A stretch of 64,000 nucleotides of DNA from Podarcis melisellensis (lineage: Eukaryota), in assembly GCA_964234715.1 (NCBI GenBank), contig OZ174283.1. One strand, given 5' to 3'. Numbering within the stretch: the stretch's first letter is position 1; each line of letters starts with the position of its first letter. This document shows positions 34,915 to 48,441 of this stretch, piece after piece. Both the position numbers and the translations under genes were made by a program. The notes below the pieces were generated by a model, which saw only the letters and a list, made by a program, of their open reading frames with translations, searched no databases and had not been told where the DNA came from.

Positions 34915-37569
34915 CATTAAAAAGACTTAATAACTATATAACTTAATAATCTCAGAGAAGGAGCCAACAGATATTTCTACGAATCAGCTGTGTACCCAGT
35001 TATTTCATATTAGCAGTGATTAAAGCTTAGTCTGGGCCTTTGCATATCCTTTTAGCTGCAGTCCTGTCTTTGAGCCCCTCCATACACCCTTTTTATTCCA
35101 CATTCATGATTACCTGTGCACTTGATGCTATCAGGGCAGTCACATACAATGCCACTCTCAATACTGTTTTGTGCCTGCAAAAGGTTTAGACAGTCTCAGT
35201 ACTTCATTTCCAATCAGCATATATCCTGTAACTTCCTGCTGAAGCCCCATAACTTTTTATGCCACCAACATTCTGATATCTTTTTGTTCCACTTTAGTTG
35301 TGTTATAGCTCTCTGGACAGCAATAATGTGGTAGACTTGGAGAAGCATCGCAGAACAAACGAAAGCAGAATACATCAACCACTATTATTGTGTCAATAAT
35401 AACATTGAAGTCTGCACCCACAATAAAAGACCACTAATATGTGTCTCTTACAGAGCAGAGTGTCCCATTTCACCCAGAACGTGTGCATTATTGGCCTATT
35501 ATTCATGAATATAGAAGAGGATAGTCAAGGTAAGTGCTATTTTTTTTTTTTTTTTTTGCTGATAGCTACAAGTAGCATGGCCCAATTCTACAGTGTCAGT
35601 CTTCTGATATGTAAGAAGAAACAATCTTGAAAAGAAAGAAAACATCTGAAGGCTCTTTTTTTAAAAAATCTGAGTGGACCTTAAAGAAGAGTTTTAAGAA
35701 AAGTGTCTTAGATGAACAATGCACCCGAAATTGCAAATTGAGGGCTCAATTTACAAAGCCACTTTCCTTTTCAGAACTTTATTCTGAAATTACTGTGAAC
35801 TTTCATGCAGTTTTCCCTTTCTAAGGGCCTTTTTGAAGTTTCCTTTTGCTGGCTGGTCTGCATCCTGTCTGAGGTTTTATACATCTATATATCCAAAGGA
35901 AAAGCATATCATGTCTGAAAGTAAATGGCATTTGCTTCAGAAGACTGCTGCTTTTCATGGAAATAATTTCAAAAATCTTCTTTTCATCTTCCAGAAAACC
36001 AAAAAAAAATTAAAATTAATATTATTCTTTAAAATCCATGAAGTGGCTTTCCTTCTTTCCTACTCTGTATGAAAGATAGTTTACCTACAATATCTTTCAC
36101 AGTTTTACATAAAGCTCATCATATTTCTAAGACCTGTAATATTATTCACAAATAAATTATAGCAGAGAATATTAGCATAACCAAATTATTAATTTAGTGT
36201 TTCAGCTATATGTAATTGAGCAATGTAATTGTAATTGATACAGCATTTTTTTACTACTACAGAAATGCACTATAGATGGATAGATAGACACACACACACA
36301 CATATGGTAGGTATGTGATTTTTGTTTGGTTGCAAAAATAACAAGGAATCTAGTAGCCCATTGGCAATTAGCTAATGTGTCATGCATGCTACTAGTGGCT
36401 GTGCCCCTGTTTGCTCCACTCCCCCTCTTTAACTCCTAGCTCTTTCCCTTCCAACCCTATCCAACTACTAAGTTGTCTTCACCTTCCCAACCCCATTTCT
36501 GAAGTCACTTTTCTCTTCTGTTCTGCAGCCCCACTGTCCATGTGTCCATGTGCCTCCTACTCTCCCTTCCTTATGTGCCACTGCTCCTAGCACACAAACC
36601 ACTCCCATCGGGACCACCTGCACCTTCCTCTTCCATTGCAATTGCTAAGCATCCTTTTCACTTTCTGCCCAGTTACAAAGCTGCAATCACCCCTGTTCTT
36701 CAGACTCCTTCATGTCCCTGTGATCATCTTCAGCCCCATTCAACATGACATTCCTCCTACTCCTTCCCTTTCTCCAACCCCCTTTGTATCCCATTTTTTA
36801 GCTTTCCCCTCCCCTTCTGCTTACTTTTCTTATCTCTCCCTTGCACACAGATCACCCCAATTTCCATACCACCTTCTCTCTCCTATTCCGCAGCCCCCTT
36901 TTGCACACACTACCTTCACAATATAACAATGTTCTCAAGCCAATATAATTATCTATCTATCCATTTTAAGCAAGTGGGAAAATAGTGTGATTATTCTACT
37001 GGGTTTGCCCCCGAGAATGCTGATTTTAGAACCACTGTTAACCAGAATGAAACAACCGAACTTTAAAAAAGAAATGTAGAAAAGTGTTGACATCTTGTGT
37101 CTAACCCTGTATTTAATTGCACACTGTAGCAGTGTCTTACACTAAAGAAGTGACTTTTTTTGCAATTCATTTGGCAGAAGGGCAGATGGCCTTCCATGAT
37201 GACCTTTGACCACCACAATTAGCATCCAAGAGAGTTGAGAAGCTCCAGCTCATTATCTCATAGACAGATGTTTGGTGTTCCTTGATCACTGTTGCTAAGT
37301 GGCAGTTTCTGCCGTTATGCAAACAATAACATGGATAAATATGTGACCTGCAGAGTGATTCCACTTTTAAAGCAATGCCACATCCATATATACCTTCTAA
37401 CCAGGTTTACATCAGAGGATGCTTTATGCATCAGACTGTTCATACATTTAGCCCAGAATCAGCTGTGCTGACTAGGAATGGCTATCAGCTATGATTTTTC
37501 TGCTACCTGATCCTTTGAACTTGGAGGTTGTCCTGGGATTGCAAAGTAGAAGATTTGTATTTAGTATTA

Positions 37570-37740
37570 TCTTTCTAGAAAAAGAGATGTCGGAGCTCAC
37601 CATGAACCTCTACCTTTTTCATTTAGAATGGCAATGGCACTCACCTGAGAGGTGCCGGAGGTGAGCTCCGGTGAGCTCCTGCTGAAAAAAAGGCCCTGAC
37701 AAGACCCTCCAAGTGTCACTGTTTTCCAGGGACAGTCCCT
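37570..37740. mobile_element. hAT-type MITE end (...GCTGAAAAAAAGGCCCTG) plus a fragment of the 25224 family
   Basis: Terminal CCCTG at 37698. GACCCTCCAAGTGTCACTGTTTTCCAGGGAC matches 25226-25256. Confidence 0.5.
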
Positions 37741-39223
37741 GTTAAATTCCAGTTGTTTGTCATGTAGTTATTACATGTAGTTATCATCCTTGGCCCCACT
37801 GCCTGTGACTCCACTGTGCTTGGACCTGCAAACTGAGCTAGTTAGAGGAATGGTCTGATTTGGTATAAGGCAGACTGCTATTCTCATTTTGCAAGACATC
37901 TTCAGGCAAGTGTGCCAGGACTGGGTGAGAGGGTAGCAAGATGTGCTGGGAGGTAGGGAGTGAAATTTGAGTCTTTCCTCCCCTTCCACTGAAATGGAAG
38001 ATAAAACATGTTTTGTGCCTTGGGCATTCATTTGCTGACAAGTCTTGTCTCAGAATTTTAAATTTAGAATCTTAAATTTATTCCATGCAATCATTTTAAT
38101 TTTTTATTTAATACAATTTAACTTCTATATTATTTTATTCTAGTGCCTTTTGCTTATTTACTGGCAGCAGTTTTTAAAGCCTCAGTTATTTCACAAGGGA
38201 TGCTTATTTGTATGAAATTGCTGGTCCAATGGAATTTTTGGAATGTAATCTTTTGATTCTCCCCCCAGCAAACGGCAGATTTAGTCAGTGGTTGTACTTA
38301 GCATACAAATACTCCAAGGGAAGAGAACGGAACTCGCCTCATACATTGTTTAATTAAAATAAAATAAAAAAATACTGCCAATAATCTTATAATTTGGAAG
38401 GAAACTATAAGCCACATCTGTGTAGTGAAGTAAGAGTTTAATTATGGACTTTGAGCATAATAGTTCTTAGATAATGCTTATGTTATTTGCAATAGGACAA
38501 AATCTCAGGGAAATCTTCTGTCAAAGGAAATTAATTATATTATATTTTGATTTTATTTATTTTTAGTTCACCTTTCCCAACCTTGTAATGAAAGAGCTTG
38601 GGAAATCCCGAAAGCTTTATTAAGGAAATCAGCACGTTATCTCTGCTTCAACTCAGGATACAGGTTACAAGGCTCAAAAGGTACAGCATCAGGTACTAGG
38701 ACACATGGCTACTTAAAGTGAAGACTTTGTCCCAACACCTGACTTGCAGTCCTTTCCACTTTGAAAGTAGTGGGAGAGGAACCAGCTATTTCCCTGGCTT
38801 TCATTCAAAGCAAGAAGACAATGCTTGCAAGTAAGCTTTCCTACAGGGAGTCTGGAACTATCCTTGCCTGCACTGACAGTAGCACATCCTTGGTGACAGG
38901 ACTCTGGTCCAGGCCTCGGACTCTCCCCCCACCTTCTGTCTAGCCAGCTCTGCCTATTGGGCAGCTAACTTCTCAGCTACAGTGGGGAACTTGTCCTCCT
39001 TCCAGGTCACTGCTACAGCTATCTCCACCTTGTCTTGAATTCCTCCTCCTCTGGCAGATCCTACCAATATCACCCCATACTGTTTGGTGTCACCGGGACC
39101 AGGGCAGTATCAAATCTAGAGGGAGCAGGAGAGGAAACTTTAATTTAATATATTTATTAACACTGGACCACAAGAAAATGTAATCAAAATACCCTAAAAC
39201 TCAATAGAAGAGGATAAATCTTT

Positions 39224-39286
39224 GAAGAAGAAGAAGAAGAAGAAGAAGAAGAAGAAGAAGAAGAAGAAGAAGAAGAAGAAGAAGAA
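39224..39286. repeat. (GAA)21 microsatellite
   Basis: Perfect trinucleotide run. Confidence 0.98.
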
Positions 39287-40992
39287 AACACCAGAGAAAA
39301 AATAATTGGACATGGATTAAAAGTAATACATGTTTGTGCATTGGGGGGGTGAACCCTAAGAGAAGGATTAGAGTGCTCATTTTTCCTGCATGCATGCATT
39401 GAAGGAAATATTATCTTTAAGAACACAAGGGTGATTATTTAGTGTTTTGGGGGCCTGTGATCTTAAGTAACTGCATTGATGTGCAGTTTTACACTATGTT
39501 GGAAGAAACTTAACATATTGATTGCAGTAGTAGAAAATAATGCTCAAAATGGACCAGGAAATGAAAGTATCTTTGAAGAAAGACCTTTATAAAATGTACT
39601 TCATAGTTCCTCTATTGCTGCCTTCCTCCCACAATACTTCATACTGGTTCCATATTCTCCTGAATGACTTTTCAGTCATTTGTTTTTACTGCTAAATTGC
39701 AGTTCATCACTCTTCTCACTGTTGTGTTGTTCCAAAGTACTACATTTCATTGGAGTTTCACTGTGTCCTCAACCACTTTATTTTAAAGGAAGAACAATTG
39801 AAATTGTAGGGGGTGGGGTGGAGATTGGCTTAGATGTTTTAAAGGATATTTTTCCATAGGAGATCATCAAAATATTTTGATGTCTGATATCCCCTGCTGA
39901 GATATTTAGTAGCTGAAGGTGTTAATTCATGACAGTTCAATAATGAGTTGTCTGTTCAAGTAAAAATAAAATGTACTCAGAAGGTTCATACTGAATTGCT
40001 TCATTTTTCACTCTTGGCATGTATACCTCCATATGACAAATGAGGGGACTGGTGCTTGGAAATAACTCAAGGCCACTGACTTCAGAACAATCTTATACAT
40101 GTCTATGCAGTAGGAAGTCCCACTCAATTCAATGTAAGGCTTATGGAACTGCAGCTTTGATCTTTTAGGTTCAATCAGCAGGGCTTTGTGGGCCACTGAT
40201 GCATCCACAGTCAGTTGCAGCAGAAGGGGGGGGGTTGACTGGGCACAATCCAGACCCAAGTTCACCAGATGTTGTTGAACTCCAACTCTCACCATTCCCA
40301 GGAAACATGGTCAAGGGCTAGGGATGATGGGAGTTGGAGGCCAAGAACATCTGGAGGGCCATGGGTTCTCCATCCCTTTCTTCCCGCTAAAGTCTTGGGT
40401 CTCCTGGGAATTCCCCATTGCACAGCCACAGAACCCTTGTTGTACTTCCAATGTAAGTACAGAAGTAGTAGGTCCCCCAAAAATCTGCAAGCAAAAAGCA
40501 CCTGTAAAATTTGTATCCCCCAATCAGCTGTTAATGCAATTATTTCCCTATGTATCAATTGATACATATTGGCAGCTTTCATTCTTTCTCTTTATATTGA
40601 GTCTACGGAGAAAAGCATCATGTGCCTATACTTTCTTAATGGAAACCTAGAATGGCAGGTTGGTTAGTGTTTGAATCTCAGATGAACATCCAGTGAAAGT
40701 TTTTCCCACCCTTCAAAATAACATTGTGAGAAATTAATGCAAATCAGCAGAGCATTGCAAATTTTGTTGCAAAAGATAGCAGCTTGTCTCATTGTTTTAG
40801 CATATTTGTCTGCTCACTTAACAAGTTCACCATTTCAAAGTTTGGCAAGCTTTCGTTACAACCTCAACACTGTATGCTATATATTCTGCTTCATGTGTAA
40901 AAATTACAACAGTAGAATTTACAGCAAGTACCCATAGAGATATACCTTATCAATGTTTTGTGCTACTTTTGCACTCTTGCCATGATTTAAGG

Positions 40993-41312
40993 CATGGGTA
41001 AGCAAACTAAGGCCTGGGGGCCGGATCTGGCCCAATCACTTCTAATTCCGGCCAGCGGATGGTCCGGTAATCAGCGTGTTTTTACATGAGTAGAATGTGT
41101 CCTTTTATTTAAAATGCAACTCTGGGTTATTTGTGGGGCCTGCCTGGTGTTTTTACAAGAGTAGAATGCATGCTTTCATTTAAAATGCACCTCTGGGTTT
41201 TTTGTGGTGCATAGGAATTTGTTCATTATTTTTTTCAAAATATTGTCCGGCCCCCCACAAGGTCTGAGGGACAGGGGACTAGCCCCCTGCTGAAAAAGTT
41301 TGCTGACCCCTG
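40993..41312. mobile_element. hAT-Charlie MITE resembling OposCharlie1 (OC1)
   Basis: Right end GGTCTGAGGGACAG..ACT.GCCCCCTG..AAAAAGTTTG..GACCCCTG. TSD ATTTAAGG/TTTTAAAG. Internal 71-bp-period duplication. Confidence 0.8.
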
Positions 41313-42330
41313 TTTTAAAGTGTTGTTTTGATAGTGACAGCTCCAGGATAACAGAGACAATATTTCCTAAAGGTGTGTATTGGGTTATATTGAAGTCCAC
41401 ACTTTTCTTTTTGTCTTTGGTATCTATGAGAGATCATGACATACGGTATGTTTCCAGATTTCTGGCCAGCATACTGACTTCTGACCAACATCTCCAATGG
41501 GTGCCACAGGGAAATATCCTCATCACAAATGTTTCCCAGTTCAGTTCAATAGAAGAGCAAGTCTATGTACTATACATACAAATCTACTTCTGGGAAGAGA
41601 AAGTAGAAGTCCATGAATATAGTTGTTCCACATGTGAACTAGAACACCTATGGGGTAGAATTCAACATTATGATAAGGTGATTGCATCAGTGCAAGCATT
41701 TCTGCAACACATTACAGTGGCTCAGCCAAAGAATTGTACATAGACTAGAAAAAGCCAACATATGCCTTCTTCAGGTTCTGCTTTTTATTTTTTTAGGTCT
41801 TGTAATTTTTATTAAAATTTGAAAAACTACTCATTTGGGGGCCAAATTTTCATGTCATGTACTTTAGTGTAAAACCTCATCCATATCTCTGTGTCTGCAG
41901 AAAGGTCTTTCTATATGATGAAATTCTAATTTGTGGGGGTGGGGGGTAAGGAGCTAAAAGTTTAGGATGAAATAGGTTATCTTTAATTCTCATATACATA
42001 TTCTGTTTTTTAAGAAATGAAAGATGGAATATAGAAGGCATAATTCTCATTGAAGTGTGCACAAAGACCCATTTAATTTACTTATGCATGACCACAACAA
42101 GCCAGAATTGTGAATATATTTTCAATTCTACCACATCTATTTCTTAGACTGATTAATAGCAAATATTTGTTTAAACTCAGGTTATTTATTTGTGTGCATC
42201 AAAAGTAAGGTAGTGCAAGATTGAGAAAGGAACTCCATAACTAGGAAAGGTATATTAATACAGATATATAGCAGATCATTCTCTCTCCCCCCCCCCCCCA
42301 CTGGCTTGTGATGATGAGTCAATGTAAACC

Positions 42331-42586
42331 AGAAGAAGAAGAAGAAGAGTTTGGATTTGATATCACGCCTTTCACTCCCTTTAAGGAGTCTCAAAGCGGC
42401 TAACATTCTCCTTTCCCTTCCTCCCCCACAGCAAACACTATGTGAGGTGAGTGGGGCTGAGAGACTTCAAAGAAGTGTGACTGGCCCAAGGTCACCCAGC
42501 AGCTGCATGTGGAGGAGCGGAGACGCGAACCCGGTTCCCCAGATTATGAGACTACCGCTCTTAACCACTACACCACACTGGCTCTC
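42331..42586 (-). mobile_element. Squam3-type SINE with (CTT)n tail
   Basis: Minus strand GAGAGCCAGTGTGGTGTAGTGGTTAAGAG (A box) and GGTTCGCGTCTCC (B box). Near-identical to 46711-46958. Confidence 0.9.
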
Positions 42587-43544
42587 ACAAGTCTTAATTG
42601 ACTTCACCAGGGCACCAAACCTTTCCATATATTTTTTCCTGGCATGATAAATAATATGCATGTGCACACTTAGAACTTATAAATAATTAGAAATATAGAC
42701 AATTTTGTTTGTTTCATATTATACCAAAAAGCATATCTAATTTAACTCAGAAAAAGGCCTCAGGGATCAGGCAGGGAAAACAGAAACCAGTCAGTCCATG
42801 AGATATCATGCATCCAAGTTGTTAAATGTTTTGTAAATGAAAACAAGAACCATAAACCTGGCATAGTAGCATATGGGTAGCCAGTGCAAATTTTTGAGCA
42901 CAAGAGTTATATGTTGGCAATGGTCTGTCCTCATCAATAGTCTAGCTTGTAGAGATTGGTAAAAATAAATGCAAGTGGAAGATTTTCTTTTTGTGAAACT
43001 GGCTCTTGTTTAGAAATAAATTTCTCCAGTCCAGAAAATGGTTCAAAAAGCTTTACTAATAGAACTTGGCTTCAAACATTACAAAAATAATGAAAATACG
43101 TTGTCTCATGCAGAACTAAACATAAGCTGCTCCCAGTGTAAGGTTTATAGGCTTAGCAAAAATTCAACATTGGAGCTTAAAAATCTTATCTTCCTCTTTC
43201 TCCTCCATTTCCAGCCTATCTGCCTCAGGCTGTTTTTCCCAGGAGAAAAGTATGTCTGTTCTTCTCAGTAGTTGAGAACAAAGGACTATGTGGTCTTAAG
43301 ATGGAGAATTCTACTCCATTACAATATGCAAGCATCCTGTAACCCAAACTAAGTCCCATGACCCCATGTGATAAACTGTAAAGAGTTAGATTACCACACC
43401 CTTGCAATGGAAATTTACAGCTAGCCTCCATCTCAAGGCCCATGGAAAAACACAAGTATTTACTTCCCCGCTGATTTTAATGCTAACAGAGTTCTTCAAC
43501 ATTTAATGTAACATTAAATAACATAAGTGTACTATTTTGTGCCT

Positions 43545-43770
43545 GCTGAGCCTCAGACCCAAGGATAGCCCCACATAGAGCACTGTGTAATAATTGTGTC
43601 TTGAGGTTACCAGGACAGCGATCACTGTGATCAGACTATCCCTATCCAATAACAGCTGTAATTGGGACATCAGCTATAGCTGGTAAAAGGCACTCCTAGA
43701 CTGGAATCAGGATCACCTTCAAATTCTGTACCTGCTCTTTCAGAGGGAGTACAAACTCATCCAGAACAGT
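43545..43770 (-). mobile_element. Degenerate L2 ORF2 fragment
   Basis: Reverse-complement similarity to 20700-20945 (CTCTATGTGGGGCTA). Confidence 0.65.
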
Positions 43771-45448
43771 TTCCCAGCCAATCTTCAGAAGCTAAAATGA
43801 TATTAAATGATGGTAAAATAATATCAAATGGTGTTAAGATATATTAAAAGACCTCACAGGACTCTCTCTTACTCTCCCTCTCCCTTTCTCCCCCTCTATT
43901 TGCCTAACAGTGAAAGGTTGTTAAAGAAGGTAGCAGGTGAGCCTCTGTAATCCAAGATGATCTCAGGGTCCAGGTGGGTTCATATAGAGAGAGGTATTGC
44001 AGTCCTGAGCCATTATCGGACTACAGCTCCCATCATTCCTGACCATTGGCCATTCTAGCAGGACTTATGGGCATTGGAGTCCAACAATAACCAAAGATTC
44101 ACCATTGATGGAAGAGGTAAAAGGTAAAAAAGGTAAAATTGCTGGAAGAAGAAGATGATGATGATACCCCACCCACTTAGGTAGGTTGCCCCAACCACTC
44201 TGAGTGGCTTCCAACACATGAAATAGCATAGCATTTGTGCAAGATATTCCCTCTTCCTATTCTTGCCCTGATTGATCAAAATCTGTAATCTTTCCACATA
44301 AAGACAGATTATAACAACAGTATAAACTGAATTACTTTAGATTTCATCTAGCATCTCCCCATCTTTTCTTCAATGAGCATTTGCTACTGGATAATCACAA
44401 TAAGTTAAATTCTAGTTTTGAAGGGTATATTGGGCTGCTCCAGTATGACAAACCCCTTATCCCTAACTCTGGCTGTAAGATAAATAACAGCTGTAACAGC
44501 TCTTATACAGTGCAATAACAAGTGCTGGCAGGAGACAATCTCGGAAATGAAATTTTAGAGTTGTATTTAAAATAAAAAAACCTAGTGTTAAAAGCTCTAT
44601 TGATTATTTTAATTCAGTCTCCCACTATCAATATCATTAAGCAGTGTGACTCCTCTTTGTCTGTGCCATGGTTGGCAGTCAAAGATAAAGAGGAATTGAT
44701 CTGCCTTTAACAAAATATACTGGAGTATAATTTGTACTTACAATTTGCTGAGGAAATTGCAGAATTATGTGGGGTGGGTGGGAACTCACATTTACAATTG
44801 CACTTCACTCTACTACCATAGAAACAAAGAAATTGGTTTCCCAGCGTTTCTGATGCTTGTATTTTCACTAGCAATGAAAATACGAGCAATGAAAATATAA
44901 GCAATAATGCTTTCAACACACAAACGAATAAGAACATTAAATGAGCTTCTGGATGAGGCCAATGGCCCATCTAGCTCAGCATCCTGTTCTCACAGTGGCC
45001 AACCGAATGCCTGTGGAAAGCCTGCAAATTTGGCATGAGCGCAACAGCACTCTGCCCACCTGTGATTCCCAGAAGCTGGTGTTCTGACAGTAGAGGTGGA
45101 GCATGGCCACCATAGCTGGAGCTGTTCAGGGCTTTGTCCTCCATGAATTTGCTCCTTTTTAAAAGCCATCGAAGTTGGTGTCTATCACTGCCTCCTGTGG
45201 GCGCGAGTTCCATCATTTAACTATGTGCTGTGTGAACAAGTGCTTTCTTTTATCTGTCCTTATCTGAAAGTATCTTTCAACATACTTCATTCAATTCTAC
45301 TTAGAAGCATTGCCACCTGACCACACCCAATTCACTATGCCCCCCTCCACCTCTTTCCCCCTTTTCTTCCTACTGTAACACTAATGTCTCCACAAATGAA
45401 AGTGATCTGTAGAAAATGTGACTTGAAAAAGAGATATTGTGCATGCTT

Positions 45449-45996
45449 TTGCGTGCTGAGGTCCCCCAAAACACCCCTACCCCAAAAACTCACACATCAC
45501 ACAGAATATTTGTTTAAGGTATTTGGCATAATTTTGGCCACAACTTTATTAACATACATAGATGTGAGTGGTTGCTTAGGCATTGGTTATGACTATCTGT
45601 CCCCCCACCTGTGGACAGAACTGACTCCCGGATTCCAGCGAAAGTCAGTGAGGGGAAACAATACTGGGGATAACTGGAGCTGCGACACAGGCCCTCAGCT
45701 TCTCCCCTCATGCTCCCAGGGGATTATGTGGCCCAAACCCGATACTAGGGGTTTGGATGAAAGGATGGCAAGCCCCTGAATTCCTTTAACGGAATTCCCT
45801 TGCAGCAGCAGCATTGGAGGGGCAGGCCCAGCCAATCCTTACCCCACCACCAACCAATTTTAACCAGTGCCTAACCGCCAACCTTACAAGTTGTGACGAT
45901 TTGCTACTCAGGCAACCAATTCTTGCCGGCCCAACTATCCTAAACTGCCTGGCAACTGCGGGGGTGTCTTGCCTGGCCCCAACCGCAACACGTGCT
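45449..45996 (-). mobile_element. Second, diverged remnant of the same terminal-repeat family
   Basis: Shares the TTGCGTG left end, GGCCACAACTTTATTAA, GCTTAGGCnTTGG and AAGTTGTGACGAnTTGCTA with 17293-18081 at near-identical spacing. CGTGCT occurs at both ends. Confidence 0.5.
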
Positions 45997-46279
45997 CTCT
46001 TTTAATGAGAACACGCTTTGTAAACCAAGAAATCTTTAATACAAATATATTTAAAGAGCACCACAAACTTCATTCAATGACCACAAGTTCTAGTGTTGTG
46101 AGAGAGGGAGAAAACCTTTTTTCTGTCCACTTTCCATTCCATGCATAATTTCATATACTTCTATCATGTCAGCTCTTATTTGCCTGCTCTCCAAACTTAG
46201 AAGTCCCAAAAGCTGCTACCTTTCCTTAACGAGGAGCCACTACATTCCCTTGAGCATTTTCATTGTCCTTTTCTGAACA

Positions 46280-47159
46280 TTTCCCTCCTCAAAAAGGAGG
46301 ATGTAATCCACTGGGGCAGTCAAATACAACATTCCTTGTTTTGCTAGAGTGGACAGAAGGGAATCTTTGGTCCAGCCAGTCAAAACTTCCTGTTCCTCCT
46401 GGCCTAAAGCATCCTTCCTTGCATGTGACTAGTTGGTGGGCATGACCTTTCCAGACCTGGTGAAAGGCCAAGTCATGCAGCCACCTCCCTCTCTTCGATC
46501 TTCTTTTTCGTCCTGCAAACTGTACTGCTGGCTGCCATCCAGCAGTCCCCCCCCCCCAGGTTATCTCCCATATGGGGTAAATCTGTTTGTACATGTTTGT
46601 AACTTTAAGCCTAAAGCCTGCCTTCAGGGATCACACTGTGCTCTGCCTGACCATGAGTAAAACTACTTTTTGTTACTTATGAATAAGACTGTTGTGTCTT
46701 TATTCTTTTAAGAAGAGAAGAGTTTGGATTTGATATCCCGCCTTTCACTCCCTTTAAGGAGTCTCAAAGCGGCTAACATTCTCCTTTCCCTTCCTCCCCC
46801 ACAACAAACACTCTGTGAGGTGAGTGGGGCTGAGAGACTTCAAAGAAGTGTGACTGGCCCAAGGTCACCCAGCAGCTGCATGTGGAGGAGCGGAGACGCG
46901 AACCCGGTTCCCCAGATTGCAAGACTACCGCTCTTAACCACTACACCACACTGGCTCTTTAGGAGGGATCAAAGGGGTCTTACCAGGAATAATAGAACAT
47001 ATCTCAATCTGGGCAAGCCAGATTGAATTGCTTGTTGTCTTAAGAGTCTCACACAAGTCTGCAACCAGTTTTCTGCTGCGTAATGGGGAAATGCACTCTG
47101 CTAGCGCAAGTTAGGAAGGATATTAATAATCAATATATCCTCTTCTGCCACCCTCCACA
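46280..47159 (+). mobile_element. LTR-like insertion within the CR1, 5' boundary unclear
   Basis: Non-CR1 sequence separates contiguous CR1 parts. AGTAAA poly(A)-like signal followed by a TG-rich tract. Ends CCACA. Confidence 0.45.
46711..46958 (-). mobile_element. Squam3-type SINE
   Basis: About 5 differences from the 42331 copy over roughly 240 bp. Inserted in an LTR-like sequence. Confidence 0.9.
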
Positions 47160-48227
47160 TCCCCACATTATAGAGGTGAGGTGACTAAAACCATGCACAG
47201 TATTCCAAATGTGGCTACCCCATAGATTTGTATAATGGCAAGATGATACGGACAGTTTTATTTTCAATTCTTTCCCTAATAAATCCTAGGATGGATTTTG
47301 CCTTTTTCACATCTGCTACCCAATGGGTCAACATCTTTACTGAACTATCCACTACAAGCCTGAGGTCTTTTTCCTGGTGAATCACCGACAGTTCAAACCC
47401 AATGAGTATATTATACATGTCGCCCCCAACATGCAACACTAAACTGCATCACTTTACACTGAGTTGCATTTTGCCACCCAGTCACTTTGGAAAGTCAGTT
47501 TGCACTGTTTGGAAAGATCGTTTTGGAACTCTTAACAATCCTTTTAATCACTATGAGCAATTTAGTATTGTCAGCAAACTTAACTCTGGATTGCTTATGA
47601 ACAAGTTAAAAAGCATGGTTCCCAATTCCTTGGGGAGCTCCACTTTCTATATCTCTCCATTCAAAAAAGGTGTCCATTTACTATCAGTCTATGCTTCCTG
47701 TGACCTAACCAATTCATGATCCCCAAAAAGACCACTCCACTTCATTCCATGACTGCTAAGCTTACTCAGAAGTATTTGGTGAATAAATTATGGTTAGGGG
47801 CAGGCACATTCATGCAAGTCCTGCCTGCCATGACCATGGTCACACCAACTCCACCTGCTTTACAGTAAGTAGAGCCCTCAGCTTCATCAAAACGCCTGAT
47901 GGACCTGTGTCTCTGATTGTGCACAGGCTTCTACTTATGTTTAAACTAGTGCTAGTAAAAGCCTCCTTTAGACTTCCATAACCTCAAAACAGAATGGTTG
48001 GGAATTGAATATTTGGGCCCAGAAACTTTAGTGGTGACACTAGTGTATGTCACCACCCCAATGTCACCCCTCAGATAAACTGGGACAATGCAGGTGTGGA
48101 GAGGAATTGCAGAATACCTACCTTCCCTGTGAGGCATACTTTTAATGTTACTTTGCTATGTGGGAAGGAGCCATAATACAAATGGCTCCTGTGCAGCAAT
48201 GGAAATACCACTAAGGACCCTGAATAA

Positions 48228-48310
48228 TAACATTTATCCTGCCCTCCCCAGCCGAAGCTGGGCTCAGGGCGGCTAACAACAATAAAAGTAACACAGCATT
48301 CTAAAACAAG
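48228..48310 (-). mobile_element. LINE (L2-type) 3' tip
   Basis: TTTATCCTGCCCTCCCCAGCCGAAGCTGGGCTCAGGGCGGCTAACA, containing the small stem-loop CCCAGC-CGAA-GCTGGG. Confidence 0.55.
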
Positions 48311-48441
48311 ATAGTAATGATTGATACCTAATAAGATAGATGCACCATGTTTCTTTTTTAAAACAAATATTCTCTAAGTCAGAACACCCCTTTTTATTAT
48401 TGTGATATTTACCAAACTCTCTCTTATACGATTCATTAGAT

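Larger units (their letters stand above)
44926..47780 (-). mobile_element. CR1 LINE 3' portion split into three pieces (about 44926-45262, 46020-46275, 47172-47780)
   Basis: CR1-type 3' end (TAAGAACAT..GGCCCATCTAG). The 47215-47439 ORF reads QEKDLRLVVDSSVKM...VKKAKSILGFIRERIENK...ILPLYKSM, typical of the CR1 ORF2 C-terminus. Confidence 0.8.

Noticed and set aside
39184-39426. Poly-Ser and poly-Leu ORFs (likewise poly-Ile at 22403 and VC/HT repeats elsewhere)
   Set aside because: Translation artefacts of microsatellites.
42351-47026. Two near-identical ORFs beginning MDLISRLSLPLRSLKAAN
   Set aside because: Antisense translations of two SINE copies, not a duplicated gene.
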